Origin: Tubulanus polymorphus
Lineage: Eukaryota > Animalia > Nemertea
Length of the DNA stretch: 64,000 bases
Direction: 5' to 3'
NCBI RefSeq assembly: GCF_964204645.1
Contig: NC_134026.1
Coordinates: 186,001-250,000, forward strand
Shown: positions 1-15,034 of the stretch, piece after piece
Layout of the letters: every line of letters starts with the position of its first letter
How positions within the stretch are numbered: position 1 is the first letter of the stretch
Notes under the pieces: model-generated
Database searches by the model: none
The model's input: the letters and a program-made list of their open reading frames with translations, nothing else
What the model was told of the DNA's origin: nothing
Made by a program: the position numbers and the translations under genes

Positions 1-3000
1 TGTCTGGTGTAGATTACACCTTCTCTTTGTACACCACGCTTTTTGCTTCAGGTGTCGGAATCGATCAGGTTTCACCACAGATGAAAACTGTTTGACATAT
101 ACTTGATTAGTTTCGTTTGGCGAACGCGTTTACGACGCTTTGCCGTTTCGTACGAACCCTCGACGAAACGATGAAAACGTTACCGAGTATCGTGACGTAT
201 GTTCTCCGCGAGACTTCACGCCGCAAACCGACGAGATACTTAACACTTTACACCCGCAGAATCACCGGTATACCCGGCTGCTGAACACCGGCTCCACACC
301 GGCTAATGCGTTCAGACAGATTTAATCCTCGCTTCCCTGTGCACCTTCCCACTTACCTCGTGTGATAGTGGCCGTCACTGTGGTGACCCTGTACTATATA
401 CAGGAAGCCGTTTTGTACTCATCGTCCTATGTGGCGTCCTATAGACGCTGAGCCCGTGACGTCATTGCCCCGTGATGGATATTTTTCATACATCTCCTAA
501 AAACACAGGCAATTTCTCGCCACAGGTCGATTTGCTTCCAAGTGATCTAAAATAGCATTGATGTTTCGGGGTTTCTATAGACGTCGTTTCAGCAATTGAT
601 TCTGTTTTCCAGTCAGTCATCCCACTAGGTGGTGTTGGCGTTGTTCAATACCACGAGTCTTCCCCATTTTGATAAGCGTCAAAAGCTAAGATATCATGCG
701 AGGATCTGTTTAACCGCCAATAGGTGGCATTGTCACGTGCAAGAATCACGTGACTGCACGAACTCTATAACGAAGTGTCCAGTGACCTTGGGCAAGTTTC
801 TTTCCGGTAAAGAATCCTCCAGCGGATTAAACATAATACATATATATATACATGCATATAAACATATATATATATATATATATACATCGGCGAGTGATTC
901 TGTTGACGAACAGAGAAAGAACTAGAGGAAGTCCAGTAATTAGACGCCTGTGTTGCTAATTTCCATTTCGTGGCCAGAATGGTGAAGCGCAGACGGCTAC
1001 TAATCGGCAATTATTACTAGCTCACACGCATTATTCTGTCATCGGAAATCCACCAACAGCAACTGAGAACTAACGTCTAAAGCCAGTATTCTAAATGAAA
1101 TGCCGCTGGCTCTGTATACATATTATCTAAATCAACTTATTGCAGCTTGCATCACAAAGGACGACGATATTAGTATGTGATATATCGCAATAAACTCACA
1201 GATTTCACCTGACTATTCGAGGTTGTACGCACCAGGAATGACACTGATTTCTCCATCATAGATCACGTGATGCCGATATATTATGTTTACCGTCCAAGCA
1301 TCATCCGCAAACTTAGAAAGTCACATTTGACGGCGGGCCAAATTGGCACGGATCAGGCCACTCACTAGATACTCAATAATGCTTAAACAAATCGTTTCCG
1401 GAACCAGTTGCAATTCACATGCAATAATTTGACCCGTACTAAGATTGGCTCGGGCCTGGTCCGAAGTTTTTGGTTGGGCCAAACAGGCACGAGCCCATTT
1501 GCAACCGTGTGAACAGTTGTTCCGGGCCTAATTGGACGCGAACTAGTGAAGAGCCTCTATATCAAATAGAGAATCCCGCAGTTTAAAAGAAAAAAGTTTG
1601 AAATGTTTCCTTCTAATGTTATAACAACGTTGTAAACGTATATCAATTCATCGCTGATTACTACTATCAGAATCAGTCGGAACGTTGAACTCGAGGAAAC
1701 ATTCGGAATCTTTCCTCATAAGATGGACACCTAATGACTGTGTGTTACTGTGTTTTATTCGATGTGTGAAATGTCTTGAAGAGTATATTGCACTTTTATA
1801 GCAAACACGACATCGGTGCGTACAGATCTCTCGATAGAACGGTTATTATTCAAACCTCGTTAACGAGCACGAATGCTTTTCCTTTTACCATTATATAACA
1901 CAGAGTTGCTAAACGAAAAGAACAGAACTGGCGGAAGCAAAAAACGACGATGTCTACAGAATCAGCAAAACTACACGACGACGTCGTCAAACACTCCGGT
2001 TTAGTTGAAGCCATGAAAATTACACCGTCATCAAATACATGCAAATATAGCCTGTAAAATACGAACATTTTTGTGACAGCGAGGACCTGGGGCAATTAGA
2101 AAACAAGGGTCTAAAGAAAGGACGACGATTCCTCAGATTATATTATGTAGGCTTTGACTCTTTGATCTCTATATTTAAATATATTCTCGAGTATCCTGCG
2201 CGGAGGTGAGTTTATCTTTTGCAAAAATTGTATTGATGGGATATAGAAATGGACTTAGACTGGTCAGTGTGTCCAGTTAAATGTGTTACTGTGTTGAATC
2301 GCTTTCTATCTTTAAGGTGGTCGAATACACAAGCATCACTAGCTCCTGATCAATGATTCACCCGATGCTGTTTACGCGGACACACCACCTTTGCCTTTTT
2401 TAACGAACTCATTCGTTCCTTTGACAGGCGAGAAAATTGCTTTTATTGAATTTCGAAATTTGAACTGAAACTGCACAATGTACAAACGATAGTCTCAGTA
2501 ACGTCAACGCCTCGAGACTATTCATAGGAAACACAGACACTACTGATACCTTCTCTATTGCTCTTTATATCGTTTTGACTGGTTTTTGGACCAGATCGAA
2601 GGCCTCTCAGAGGTTTATGTTTAGGTTGTTTCTGTTTTCTCAAAAGTTTCGAAAAAAATAAAAACAGCAAAACATATCATGCGTATATTTATGTTAGGCT
2701 ATGAGTAATAGAATACCAGACAAACATGAAGTATTATTCATTTTCTTTCCTTATTTTCTCTACGTTTTAAGTTTTTTGTTTTTCTTAGTTCAAGACGAAC
2801 ATTATTCCTTTCCACTACGACACATTACTAAGAGAACGACCACCAACAGAAAAGCCACCTGATCATCGACCTTTCTTTTTACAGAAAGAATTTCTCTCCT
2901 CCGACTCAAGAAAATCTCCTTGATTCAACGCCCGCGATGACGGCTCTCGACTTGCGCTTCTTAATTGGACTTGACCACTTGTACGTGATTGAGAGCGCTT

Positions 3001-5721
3001 GTCGCTACAGTGCAGTCTCTATATTAATAAGCTACGTCTGGTTTCTTTGTCGTGTTCTTATTCTCTGATTACCGTGTACAGCAGGACTAGCCGAACTCGG
3101 TAAGAATTTCGCCATCAGAAAGAAGGAATCATTGATGAGCTGTCGACTATTAGCTAATGAAGTGTCACAGATTGATAGACTAACTGTCTGGTACTCGATT
3201 GCCTGTACATGCATTATACATCACGTTCTACATACTTTAAACACACGCGTCATCCGTAAAAATATCTCGGTCGAAAAGGTTGTTCCTTCGCCTTCACCTT
3301 GAATTAGCCGTTTCATAGAATTCATACGACATAACTATATGACGCCTTAGGAAACGAAAGGTTTACGCGAATCACTTACCTCGGGTTCACGGAGCATCCA
3401 AGGTCAATACGGCGTACAATACGACCATTCATGCGATGTTTAATAAATCGTTCATATATCCAGTACACGCGGTCATACCAGATGCTGATTTGTCTCCACG
3501 GGTTTTAGCCGTTTAATAAATACATTCAACAACAACTTCAGAAAATTCAGCGTAACTTCAGAAAATGCTTATCTCATTACATTACTACTCCGCTCAGTGA
3601 AGTAGCTTCATTGAGGTAAACGCACAGGTTTTTTCCATACTTCAATGATTTTTAAAAAGAAATACAGAAGAGGTGCTTCAATAGATTGAAGCAGTCTGAA
3701 TGGAACGACTCGTCGTGAATTTAATGATAAGTTTTTTATTTCATATTGTGAAGAGCTCTTCGTGAAATAGACTAATTCCCTTCATTATGATTAACTTTCA
3801 CGCGCTAAACATTCGAAAATCGAAATTTCATTCGAGTGTGACAAATTTAGAAAAATTTAAAAAAACGTTCATTCGACTGCTTTTTTTCTCATTTTCCTTT
3901 CATAGGATTGCGTCAAAGATTTAAAGAGCTTTAACCCGTTATTCCTTTATTTATCAGGGTGACACATGTTCTTTAAGTATTCTGCTATTCGTCGAATAAA
4001 GTGGCATAAAATGATGAATAATGAATATATAAATGTACTTTGTCTCGTCGTTTGAAAACGAATGTCAATAATTGATCAGTTCAATTTTCTATTTTACAAT
4101 TCTAAATCGAGACGCAGCGATACAATTTTTTGTTGTTAATTCTAACGCTGAACGTGCGTCATTCTCAACCACCAAAATGGCGCCACAGCGTTTAAAATGG
4201 ATCCATTCGAATTTAGGATATAAACCGTTAACAGAACACGCGGGAATGCTTAGCCTCGTTGTTCAGGAGAGTCGGGGCAAGTGCTAATCAAAACTGATAA
4301 GCATCACGAGATCTTGAAAAAACTTTTTCTCAACATAGTTTAAATCACATTAAAATTCAATTTCAGAACAGTTTTAGACATGCTCAGTGAGATAGCTACG
4401 CCGTGTCTGTCTGGCCTTATTTTCCCAAATAAAAGATATTTTCGACCTTGAATAGAGAAATTCCAGACACAACAACATTCATGATTATATCAGGTTTTTC
4501 GGATTGATTTAGTTCTGGTGGATTGAGTGTGATGTTAATAAGTGATGAATGATATGTAATCGTAGAATTTTCTATATTCCTTCATCTGTTTGTGATTATA
4601 TGATTCATTTTATATCATACTAGGAATAAATCAATAACAAACAGTGATAATAATAATATTCACTAGAACTTATAAATTGCAAAAATTGACTTAACATGGA
4701 GCGTTTTTGACATGTAAATTACTCATTGTGTTTGACGTCCAAATATGGTGTCTTCACGTGACAACACAGCTCTGCTCGTGTACAGTGTGTTTATTTCTGC
4801 ACAAACGACAAGTAAATCTATAACTAGTAGAGATGATTTTTCTGCCCGTAATATCGGAGAGTTAGGAGTCGTGTCTAGTTTCTAGATGAGGTGTTCGGAT
4901 CGTCTGCGGATAGCTGGTTTTAACGCGACAAAATATAGACGATGATTATGATTGGTGAGATGAGGATCCAGGGTCTGAGAATAGAGCAATCATGTCCGAT
5001 TTCAAAATCAAACCCTGTTTCGCTCCCGGTAGGTGTGGTGGGTTTGTAAGGGACTCCAAATCAAAACACATCAAACCTATCTATCAATCAAATAAATAAC
5101 GGGGTCAATCCCTATTTTAAAATTATAAAAAGAAATAGAGCGATGCTTAAAAAGGAAATTTCAACCAATATAATCTTTTCAAAAATTTCTTTCAGTCAGT
5201 TTTGTTATACTCATGACTAGTGAAATATGGAGTTGTTCTGTTCCTAGTCTCACAGATACTTACGGCATCTCCCCTCTTAATCTTAATTAATCCTGATTAG
5301 CTTTTGAGGAATCGGGATCTTCCCAAATTACCAATTATATCCTGTATAATGACTGCGGTTAGTTCATTAACCCTGTAGCACTGTTAGAGACTGGACAGGG
5401 GTTGATCAGGGTTTATCTCACTCACGATAAACTCTTAGCTTTAGGGTCGATCAGATTGAAAATGCAAATGAATTAAGTTTGACTGAATGTTGAACCAAAT
5501 TTAATTCACAGACAAGTGAAGGTTTCCGCGAGGGGTATTGAACTACAGGTTGAATCGAATTGTTTATTCTAAGAATTTATGAAACAGTTGTAATTTATAG
5601 ATTAATGAAATAACACGATAAAAACGATTGATTTTTTATTATCTATTTTCTTCAGGCGCTTTCTGTTCAACCTACAATCGACTGTGTTTAATCGAGGGGT
5701 TCATGTGGTATACTCGCGATT

Positions 5722-5869
5722 GAGAGGAGAGATAGGGGAGAGAGCGAGAGAAGAGAAGAGGGAGGGAGAGAAAGAGAGAGGGGAGAAGAGTAGAGAAGAG
5801 AAAGGGGAGGAGAGTGGGTGAGAGAAGAGAGAGGGAGAGAGAGAAGAGAGAGAGTGCGCGCATTCAGTT
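5722..5869 (+). promoter_or_regulatory. GA-rich polypurine tract plus Inr-like motif, candidate TATA-less core promoter
   Basis: About 130 bp imperfect (GA)n tract ending 10 bp before TCAGTT. Confidence 0.4.
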
Positions 5870-6112
5870 TCTAACGGAAAACCACCACGAGAGGGCTTCG
5901 CGACGAGTCGGCGTGATCGATATAATATTAAGATACGGCGCGAGTGAGTTGAGAGAGAGAGAGAGTCGCAGTGACACACGCGAAACAGCAGCAGCAAGCT
6001 CACAACACGCTCAAACATATTCAACTGGATTTATATAAACCACGACAACAATCACTGATATCGCACAGAGATCCGTTCATATTTCATGGAATAAAATAAA
6101 TCATCAACCGAG
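5864..6112 (+). other. Putative non-coding first exon (5'UTR) of the receptor gene
   Basis: Initiator-like TCAGTT at 5864-5869 immediately after a GA-rich tract; strong donor AG|GTAAGA at 6112/6113 followed by T-rich sequence. The link to the GPCR is inferred. Confidence 0.45.
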
Positions 6113-6594
6113 GTAAGATTTTTCTACAATCTTTTCTTTATTTCATTTCAAAAGATTTATGGTTATATTCATAAAAACAAATCTTAGGATTCGACGAAGA
6201 ATTCTGGTTCTTCAAAAAAATACCGGTTTGTTTTTTTTCATCTGCCCCACTCTAATCTATACCTTATAGAGAACACTGTTAGGTTAGATAGATATAAGCC
6301 GAGTAATTATCGTATATTCTGTGAAGTGATTTGAAGGTGCCGTTTTGCGATCTTCAATATTCATCGCGATGAAAGTCGCGATGATTGCGTTAGAAAAAAG
6401 TTTTTAATAATACAGAGTGATATCCGTCGGTAAACAAACTGCGAAACTATATCCAACACGCGTGACTTAGCAATCGAGTGTTTCTATTTCAAATTTCCGG
6501 GTTGTGATGATCTGAAAGTGGTCGTTCCCTCCTGTTTTCATTAAACATTCGTGATGTATTTGCCAAGTTGAGAACTTAATCTAACTTATTATAA

Positions 6595-6806
6595 AGACGC
6601 AGATGAGATATCGTCGACCGCGTCATTCACCATTTCCGATAGATAATCTATACCGCTATTTACCTTTTCGAAGATTCATCAGTTTTCGCGAAGGAAATTC
6701 GTATAGACGCAGATGAGATATCGTCGACCGCGCATTCACCATTTCCGATAGATATCTACCCTATTTACCTTTTCGAAGGATTCATCAGTTTTCGCGAAGG
6801 TATTCG
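6595..6806. repeat. Tandem duplication of about 110 bp
   Basis: agacgcagatgagatatcgtcgaccgcg... starts at 6595 and again at 6705. Confidence 0.9.
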
Positions 6807-6840
6807 GATTTTCATGAAGTATGTCTCTCACTCCCATATC

Positions 6841-7082
<242 letters not shown>

Positions 7083-7525
7083 ATCCCCCGTCTTGCCGTC
7101 TCTACACGCCTCTCCACATCTTATATCTCCCTTTTCGCTCTCTTCTGTAAAGAGGATATCGTGAAAATCTAAGTAAAGACTTCGTTTGATCTCTGATGTT
7201 GATCCTTTGGTTGATGACATCGCGTCGTTTCAGGTCTCAACATTACACACACGTTTTTAAGCACGGGATTTATCTGTGAATTTTTTATCACATTGAAGAT
7301 AAGCGTAATCTTACAACACAGTGCCCTCCTCTATAGGACAGTCACCTTTCAACTTAAAAAAATAAGTTTCAGACTCATAATTATTTCGACGAATTCGGCG
7401 TTGAATTTGCGAGGTGTACATACTGAGTACATACTGCTAATACTCATGGATGTAAAACATTCTAAACAAGAATTTTCGGAAACGTATAAATAAATCTAAA
7501 ATCTTCACCGTGAAACACGTGAATA

Positions 7526-7611
7526 CGAGGCAGCGAGGCAGCGAGGGAGTGAGGCAGCGAGGCAGCGAGGCAGTGAGGCAGTGAGGCAGTGAGGCAGCGA
7601 GGCAGCGAGGC
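7526..7611. repeat. 8-bp tandem repeat GAGGCAGY
   Basis: Read directly, about 10 units. Confidence 0.9.
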
Positions 7612-8135
7612 CTCCACTCGAGTAACAATCTTCTATACTTGTCTATTGTACTTCCCTCAATGCATCCATGGAAAAGAATTCTGCAAAAAAGGAGTAAAGA
7701 CACAATATCGGCAGAATTCACTCTTCTCAGCTTTTTCAGTAGGGTTATATGTACTGACGGGAACGAATGAAGTACCTTGGTTTCCAGCTATTTGGCCGCA
7801 TTTAGAACCCGACAGAATTTCCGTAAAGAATTAATGCGGGTGTTTTTCTGTTCGGGATGGACGTCAGCAGGGTACTACAGTGGTCACGTCGACTGAATAC
7901 AAATAGAAAAGCAATGTTTTGGAAGTAATCTGATAGTTACAGCGGAGACCCCCGGGACACTGAGCGCTATAACCCGCTATACACTGGGATCACAGGTCGA
8001 CCCAGGACAAATCCATCATAACTCATCGAGATTCTTACATAATCTATGTGAAAAATGCTGCATTTTTGGCTCAGGGGTTTGTTTAACGAAGGGAAAAAAG
8101 ATATTTCATAAATTTCAAGAATTTCGTCTTTATTA

Positions 8136-8213
8136 TAGCATCAGTATCCCTGGGTTTGCGTAGCATCAGTGTCCCTGGGTTTGCGTAGCATCAGTGTCCC
8201 TGGGTTCGCGTAG
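8136..8213. repeat. 25-bp tandem repeat x3
   Basis: tagcatcagtgtccctgggtttgcg at 8136, 8161 and 8186. Confidence 0.92.
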
Positions 8214-10606
8214 AGTGATATCTGGGTTGAAACCTGTACATAATTTATAATTTATATAAAGCGATACTGAATTTTAGACTTGTTATTCTGACTTTAAACG
8301 GCAATTCATCATTTTCGAGAAAGGCCTCTTTAACGTTTCGGGTTACCTTGGTCTGCACCGATACATAATTTATGAAAATGAAAAAAGCTGAACTTTTTTT
8401 ATTGCTGTTCGTCTGAATTTCAACGATATTTCATCATTTCCAAGGAATGATCTCTTATCAAGTCCCGGTATCTCTGGTATGTATATATCATTCCGTTTTG
8501 TATAGAACATTGATTGTTATTTCGAACGCCGTGAACCGTCTAATAATTGGCGCTGTATATCTCAGTGAAAAGTATCGTGATATTGTCTCTTTATAGATGC
8601 GACGCTCATGCGACGCTCGGCAGGTTTTACCTCGGAACTCGGTGAGATGCGTCGCTATATACGCGTGCGCCGGCATTTCCTTATACATAAAGCGATTCCA
8701 ATTAGAATCGAATTATAGAATGTCATGGTGGCTTCTTTCATTCTCATAGATCAACACAACAATATCGGATCGAGAGAGAGAGAGAGAAGAGAGACAGAAG
8801 AGAGACAGAAAGAGAAATCGAGCCTGTTAATTAAGGAGCATCGACATGCGATATGTCGTGCTACTAGAACCGTATAAACCGTAGACAATCATCATCTCTC
8901 CTTCTCTATTCGTATTGACGACTCGTTGACACTGAATTCAACTGTAAAATAAACAACACCTGCACCGACATCAAACTAACCGCGAATTGATCAGTCAACT
9001 CCCGCCGATACGGGAAAAATATCACTAATAACTAAAGCGTCAAAGGAACACTTGATAGTATAACATTTCTATCGGTGTTCATTTCGCGAATAAACATCAT
9101 CAAAGTTACCGCCAGATTGAGAGTAAATGTGTCTTTTATTTTATACGGATGTTAAAACATTCGTAATACAAAATAGACTTGAATTTCTCAGCGGCGATAT
9201 TGGATTGTAAATATCTATCTCACCTGATTGATCGAATACCGAACTGACGATTCGAGAAGTTGAAAGCTTTACACAGTAGAATTCGCCGATTTGACCGGTT
9301 TTACAGAGAAAGGATCGGTCTAACAGTAACTGATGACTAACGGGAACTCTAGCTCTACTGCCCACGTGACTCACATTTACATCTGTCGTTCATTTATATC
9401 CAACTTTCGATCGTTTTAAAAAGTATTGAACTGATGATGTTCACTAATTTTCGCACGATTTTAAATTGGCAGTTAGGCGAACTCGTGTCTGAATGAGTCG
9501 ATTCTTCCAATCTGAAACAGCGGCTAATGGTTTACACATTGCCATTGTTTAACGCTTACCAGTCACACGTGAAAACGCTTTCCTGCGCAGGAACCTCAAC
9601 GTAATTACGTGAAACGGTTTACGAATCGTTACGTCAAATGGGAAGCGATTACGTCGTTGTTGTTTTCTAACTCTGCGTCGCAGACAGTAAATAAAGTTTT
9701 TAGAAAAGATTTTTATTTACAAGTTTGAGTTAGTTTGAGTAAACTTGTAACAGGAAATTTGGCCGTGTCTTTATGAGGGAAAGGTACAGGAAATTCGGCA
9801 ACGACTTTAATCGGGGAATGACGTTTATTCGGTGATGTAATGCGTCTTCATGTGTGAAGATAAAGAAATGAAAAATACAACGCATTACTGAAAATCTATT
9901 GAAATCGTTTAATTGACGATAAAGAAAGATTCTGAAATCTCGCGTACCGATATAAAACCAGGACTCAGACAAATTAATAGTCAACTTAGTCTGTGTTTAA
10001 TCAAATCGATTGAATGACGAAAGATTAAACACGGGAATATTTAATCCGATTCAGATCCTGGACAACTAACATTACCGCCACTATAAGAACCTTTTCTACC
10101 ATTAAACAGCCAGCTCATTGGCCATTAAGCGTTCATTTATCATCCCTGAAGAAGATCCGATTAAATTATAAATAAATCAACTATAATGACGTCATCGAGA
10201 TCGATTTGAATGAGAGAAAGAGAACGCGGGTTTCGATGTGTGAGTCGAGTCTCGTCGACTGTAGAACATGTGTCAGACCTAGATCCAGACGTTCCAATCA
10301 GAATTAACCGATAATCAATAACGTAAAGAGCTAATCGTTTAAACCACGAGTATTCTACTGCAGACATAAATTCAATTATTACACATTTCAATTCGGTATT
10401 AATCTAATTTCATCGATGTTCAAGTGATCAGGTTTGATAAGTCTACGCGCAATTATGATTTATTACACGCAGTTTCAGTTGTTCGGGTGAGTGTCGCGAC
10501 GTTAGTAATGCCGGCAGTGGCATGTGAATGTTGGAATAGACGAGGTAGTTCAATTCAATACCGCAGACTCTGACGTCATAGTGAATTCCCGTGTTAAGAA
10601 AATAAA

Positions 10607-10730
10607 GGTCCAGTTCCACAGCCGAGACTTAACTCAAAAAATGGTCTCAAATCTATTAATGGTCTTAAATCTATTAATGGTCTTAAATCTTGAGAATGGT
10701 TTTAAGTTGTTAGATTGGCTATACATGTAG
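10607..10730. mobile_element. MITE family A copy (PIF/Harbinger-like)
   Basis: Starts ggtccagttccacag; contains the reverse complement of the core shared with 23688-23720 and 58721-58753, plus an internal 18-bp tandem. Confidence 0.55.
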
Positions 10731-13700
10731 AACCTAGATGTTCTTAGAAAGGGCCTCAACTGCGCAACTGCTTTTGCTTTTACTAATCATGCTTCAAAAA
10801 CGGGCAAATTCGTAGTGAAATTTAAACAACTTCTCTGAAATCGATAAACTACTGTCCGAGTCAGAAACCCTGATAAATATCTAATGATTGATTTCTACCA
10901 GTTGCATTCAATTCATTTTTCTGGATTCCACGAAAATTGACGCGTGTCCCGAAACAATGATCTCTTTTGTTTTACATCGTCAATGGCAACAGCAAACAGA
11001 GTGAAACAGAAGAAAAAAATCATTCTCTCTTCAAACACAATTTCTTGTTTTCGAAAATGCATTTACATGAAGTCGATTCTCTACGGTGTTAGCGTCCTAT
11101 TTCCTGACCGTATTTATTCTTAAATTAAATTCTGTGCGAACGTTAATTCAGATTTCGTCGTCGCAGACTCCATCCGCACGTTTGCTTTAACGGAATTTTT
11201 ATGCCTTTTCAAATATTTGATCGGTGAATGTTTAAAAAACGTGCCTAATCCGCCAGTGCGCGATCTGACATCGATATTTTACATTAATAAGTTGGTTAGC
11301 TACCTCTGATGAAAATGTTTACCGTCAACAAATATTAGTGAATTCTTTATCGTAATTAACATCACGCAACAACGATATCAATTCATACAGTTTAGAGATC
11401 TTATTACTAATGGCTATAGAATCATGTCTATTGAAATCTGAGATCAGATCATGAACAGTTCGCCTTGAATGGATCATGTCCAATCTTAGTAGAGAAACCG
11501 TGATTAAATTTGTCGATCAATTAAGAAGTTTGCCTCGAAAAATTGTCGTTATCGAAAAAAGCCCTGGGTGAATTAGACGGAAGCACGTGATCGTTGTGTT
11601 CCAATCTGATACAGGTGTCAAATATTTTCCTATGCAAAACTGTCGACTGTCATAAGCAGGATTTTTGAAGATTAGAAAATCTATACTGACGACTTTTACC
11701 GAAAATATAACATTTATTAAACAATGATTGGATATTTCCACTGCATTTTTACAGGAATCGTGATTTTCTATCCGAAAATCGAGAGTCCATTCAACTATTG
11801 TCAGTAAATGTATCAATCGTCGAAGACAGATTGCTTTACAGATTCCTTCGAAAACGCCCCGGAGACAAAATTGAATTATCCGCACAAATTGACGAAAATA
11901 CAAGAAAAAAATAGAACATTGAGTTCCTTATAGTTTTATCGAACGAATGTTGCGCGCGTCCATTAGCTCTAAGTAATCCGATAAAGGTACAGACCGAAGT
12001 ACAATAATTCAGCGGTGTAACTTTTCGCAAAAAACCCATTAAGCGCGCAGAAAAATTATTCCCTCCACAGACGCGGAAATGTTCGTCTGTAAAATCCATA
12101 AAGTACGTCTGTAAAATCTATTAGAAACCTCTATTGAGATTTCAGTATTGGAATTAGTGTCTTCGACTGGAATTTAACAACACGTCTCTAGTGGAAGGAG
12201 CCCGCATAAAAAAATTAGTTCCACTTATTTTTAATTCGAATAAGTTATTTAGCTGAAACGTAATATATTCATATCTATCATAACATGAAACATGTGTATT
12301 ACATTATTAAGACCTTCGCTTAAACCCAACACACACGAGGCATTGAAACACGGAAACAGGAGACAGAAACATGTTTCCGTGCGTTTCCCTGTGTCGTGTG
12401 GTTTCGAGAAAAATGTTTCCTAGTCAAACATGTTCGATTCCATGTTTGTCTTTGCCGTTTTCGTTAGGCTTCAAAGCCATCAGGGCATCGAAATTTAAAA
12501 ATCTTTCTGATTGAGGCCCGTTTATTATCAGCCAAATTAAACACCAAATAAAAAACGAACCCACGCATATATTGCTCACGCTACGGACCTGTGTAACGTG
12601 CGTGACGCTGATCATCTACACTGTGTTGTATCAAGTTTGATTTGATAAAATATCGGCAACGAATGTTTCAAAAATCGCGACGGTAAAATGTGTCGCATTA
12701 GTACAAGAAATCAAATTGCACGACACCCACTCTCTCTCGCACCTATCCGTCTCTTGCGACGAAATCAGAATTGATAGCTCATCAAATTCAATTTCGAGCC
12801 AGTCGTCGGTTGAGAGACGTTTTTTTAGGTGTAAATTCTCGCGAGATTCTCGAACTTCTAGATTATTTTCGCGAAGTAAAGAAAGGTCAAGTTGAACAGT
12901 AGGCGAAATATCTGTATGACGCAATACGGTCTCAGAACACGTAAGAAAATTAGAGCATCTCATTCAACTGTTCTCTGTAATTGGTCTATTACTCGTGAAA
13001 CGATACCTCATTTTAAGACCAATCAGAACTTATGAAAGTGCAATTCTTACATTTGAAGTCTTTAAGATTCCAGGATGAAGAAATGCACTGAGACCACGAC
13101 ATTTCGACTGTTTCATAACATTCCAATAGAGACAGTTAGAAAACAGTTCAAATGTTGAAAATTTATTTTCTTTTATTGTGAGATTTAACCTTTTTTTACG
13201 GATCATTAATTGTTAGAAACTCATAACAATTGGGACACAGTTGTGAGTTAGAGTTAGCTCTGAGTTTATTTTCAATAGAATCTGAGTCACATCTTTAACT
13301 AAGAACTGTAAAAAGGACCCTGGAGCTGTTGAACAATTCGAGAAACGAAGTTAGTTCTTATTGTCTACGGTTTACTTAAAGTTCAAACATATCTTTCGTT
13401 AGCCTTCGTCTTAGATTAGATTCACATTGACGCTTGTGATTTCGACTGAAGAAAATAATATGACAAAGTCTTTACTTTTCGTGCTTTAATTTCCCAACAC
13501 TGTCTGACATTCCGTCGTGTAATTGACATTTCTTCAACGAAACCCGAACCGTTTTTCGTGGCGAGATTTTAAATTATAGAGTTTCCAGTGAGATCATGAT
13601 GTAGCATAGAATTATCTGGTTAAGACCCGAGCAGTCGCTTCTGGCACCGACCGTCGGAACCGCAGAGCGTTTCTAAGAAAACAATGTCACCGATTTTTTT

Positions 13701-14330
13701 TTTATCATCGCAGCAACACGAAGAAAAAATATTCCCAAGTCAAATTCAATTAATTTATGCCCGCGTTATCGGAGAATGAATATTTCACGTCGAATTTCAT
13801 CAAATTATGAATCCATCTGGCGTCAAAAGCGACGAGTGATCTATATCATCCATCAAATCTGATTTTTTTTCAATAAATTCACCTGGGGATTTACAAGAAT
13901 ATCAATGTGTTGTCGTATATGTGAAACTCACACTCATTTCTCTATGCGGTTTGCGCGGAATCCACGGCGCGAATAAACATTCAACACGCCATCGAAATAT
14001 CAAACAGCCATCGGATAATGTAGTTTTGTCGATCAAACATATTAGATCACGTATCACAAAATAGTGTTAATTTATCCAGTGTTAACGATCAAAATATTCT
14101 CATCGAAACAGGATTTAATCAATAAAACGTTTTAAAATATCGAGGGCATTTTTTATCCGGGTTACTTGATCTTTAGAATGATGAGAATTTTCAGCGAAAT
14201 TTTCTGCCTGCAAATTCTACAACCATTAAATTCTTTACGTTACCATCAATTATGTAGAAATATTCTATTGAAAAATAGGTCGGTTTCATTCGCTCTCGCA
14301 TTTCTAAAAAAACAGACTAAATAGAAGTAA

Positions 14331-14419
14331 GCAGCAGCAGCAGCACCAGCAGCACCAGCACCAGCAGCAGCACCAGCAGCAGCACCAGCACCAGCAGCAG
14401 CATCAGCAGCAGCAGCAGC
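14331..14419. repeat. (CAG)/(CAC) compound microsatellite
   Basis: Read directly. Confidence 0.93.
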
Positions 14420-14590
14420 CAGTATAACGCTGTAGGCCCGAGTCTATACATTGCTTGACTAAGATACCATTTTAGAACCCCTTAAAACATCTTCAATTCA
14501 AATCGATAAACTTGCTTGCCGAGTTTGAGAATCATTGGTAACAATCGACTCTTGGTTTGTTTCGAGTGATATCAAAATAATACAGTACTG

Positions 14591-14631
14591 GGCCCAGTTC
14601 CGCAGTCGTGAGTTAAGATTTGAACTGGGTC
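14591..14631. mobile_element. MITE family A, minimal 41-bp copy
   Basis: TIRs GGCCCAGTTC...GAACTGGGTC flanked by CTG on both sides. Confidence 0.5.
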
Positions 14632-14832
14632 CTGAGGTATTACATATTCGCTTATAAAAACTCATGAAATCCTTACAAATTGTACTGGCAGTCTGGCACT
14701 GGACCCACATCGTATATTCCAACTACAAATCATCAAACGAATGTAGGTAAAAAATACCAGTAGTAAAAATACCAATCTGACTGGATTCTCTCGATCGGAG
14801 ACATTTTGGACATCTTTGAAAAATAGACAGCG

Positions 14833-15034
14833 AGAGTTAGTTAGTTATAACGAGAGACAGTGAGGACTGAGGGTTAGTTAGTTATAACGAGAGACAGTGA
14901 GGAGTGAGGAGTGAGGACTGAGGGTTAGTTAGTTATAACGAGAGAAAGTGAGGAGTGAGGGTTAGTTAGTTATAACGAGAGACAGTGAGGACTGAGGGTT
15001 AGTTAGTTATAACGAGAGACAGTGAGGACTGAGG
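14833..15034. repeat. About 37-bp minisatellite, about 5 units
   Basis: gagggttagttagttataacgagagacagtgaggact with a variable number of gtgagga sub-repeats. Confidence 0.9.

Noticed and set aside
357-496. Minus-strand coding exon bounded by good splice motifs
   Set aside because: All three frames contain stops.
14833-15034. Interstitial telomeric repeat
   Set aside because: Contains GGGTTAG and TTAG motifs but no tandem TTAGGG or TTAGG.
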